From Octopus sinensis (taxonomy: Eukaryota): 64,000 nt of DNA. The notes beneath the pieces are model-generated. The model saw only the letters and a list, made by a program, of their open reading frames with translations. It made no database searches and was not told the origin of the DNA. The stretch is from contig NC_043026.1 of NCBI RefSeq assembly GCF_006345805.1, forward strand, positions 10,230,001 to 10,294,000. The letters are read 5' to 3'. Positions within the stretch are counted from its first letter, which is position 1. Every line of letters begins with the position of its first letter. Both the position numbers and the translations under genes were made by a program. Shown in pieces: positions 62,800-64,000 of the stretch.

Positions 62800-63780
62800 T
62801 ACACCCCTTCCCCTTTCGGCTAAGGGGAATGCGAATCAGCAAAAATTGACATTTCTAAATTACACCGACTCCTCCCCCATTTCCTTGATTTTAAACTTTT
62901 TTCTCCTTAAAATATGCGGGAAAATACGGAGATTATGACTAGGAAAAAAAATTCCAGAAATCTTTGTAAAATGTTTTTTTAAAGAATTTTTTTCTTTTCT
63001 AAAAATGCGGAAAAATACGGAGACATCAGGATACGGACAAAAATTTCAAAGCATCTCTGTACTTACGGTTAGGGTTTTAGGGTTAGTGTTACGGAAAAAA
63101 GTCAAAATTGAAGAAGTTAGTCGGGGAATTTTCACAATGCCGATTTTTTGCAACTTTCCGGAATCTCCGTATTCGAAAACGGGGATTTTTTAGGGAAAAA
63201 AAAAATTTAATAAACAAATTTGGGAGAAAATAGGGTTAATATAGGGCGTAACAAATATCAGAAAATCAAAAAAAAAATGTGTGTAATAGGTGTAAAACAA
63301 CTTCCTATGAACGAATATGAAAAAAAAAATTCGCGCACGCGAAAGGGGGGGTGGGGGAGAATCCTCGGAAAATTCACATCGGGAAGTTCCGAACGCGTCT
63401 GAGGAGCTGACCCGGGCACCAAAACAAAAAAAAATAGTGTAATATGTGTAAAACAACTTGCTCTAAACGAATATGACAAAAAAAAAATGCGCTCTCGAGA
63501 AAGAGGGTTGGGGGAGAGGCCTCGGAATATTTATATCGGGAATTTCCGAAAGCGTCTGAACCGGGCACAAAAACGAAAACAAAAACAGCGTAATAGGTGT
63601 AAAACAACTTGCTCTAAACGACTATCATGAAAAAAATGCGCGCTCGCGAAAGGGGGGTGGGGGAGAGGCTTCGGAAATTTCACATCTTCAGTCCACGGCC
63701 TTTAAACTAAGAAAAAATAGTGTAATTGGTGTAAAACTACTTGTTCTAAACGAGTATCAAGAACACACACTCACACATGA
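62800..63780. repeat. Unclassified repetitive element with ggttagggtt motif and ~130-155-bp internal tandem repeats
   Basis: taataggtgtaaaacaactt-like unit starts at ~63284, 63440, 63591 and 63723. The 63109-63235 portion is embedded in array units 1-8. Confidence 0.5.
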
Positions 63781-64000
63781 ATCATAAACTCCGTATTTCG
63801 CAAAAAAAAAATAATAAAGAGAAGAAATTCTGGAAAAAGTGAAGAAATGTTGGATCTCCGCCATGTGAATCAAAATACGTGTCAGAAACATCTTGAAATA
63901 CTACAGAAATTACGTTACGAAAATGATAATGTATACATACCTCTTTGAGTGGTCTATCGATAATGATGATAAAGAAATGAGTTAGATTTGAACTCAGAAT

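Noticed and set aside
63067-63086. Telomere or interstitial telomeric array
   Set aside because: Only ~2-3 imperfect TTAGGG units inside a repeat element.

Overview
Eukaryotic, AT-rich, repeat-dense DNA. It most likely comes from a coleoid cephalopod (Octopus-like); this is inferred from the SINE/LINE sequences and the [21 protein letters not shown] finger style. The window is a C2H2 zinc-finger gene cluster. Bases 1-9.9 kb hold a non-autonomous Helitron, tRNA-derived SINEs, two head-to-head promoter/exon-1 modules, one intact + strand ZNF gene (4437-5531), a ~165-bp tandem repeat and a 50-52-bp satellite with 154-bp trimeric periodicity. From ~9.98 kb to ~63.2 kb lies a head-to-tail array of nine ~5.4-6.7 kb units. 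Each unit carries a - strand effector-less poly-C2H2 ORF plus near-identical non-coding DNA: RTE and CR1-type LINE relics, a 46-bp-arm hairpin and a duplicated promoter module. The flanks are nearly constant, but the finger arrays differ in number (11-25) and order and draw on a shared pool of recognition helices. Two copies are in-frame fusions of two neighbouring genes. All array copies share a destroyed N-terminal leader. The founding duplication breakpoint can be placed at a satellite/LINE microhomology. The ~33-44.4 kb stretch has an excess of 1-bp indels and is probably partly consensus error. All comparisons were made by eye; no identities were computed.
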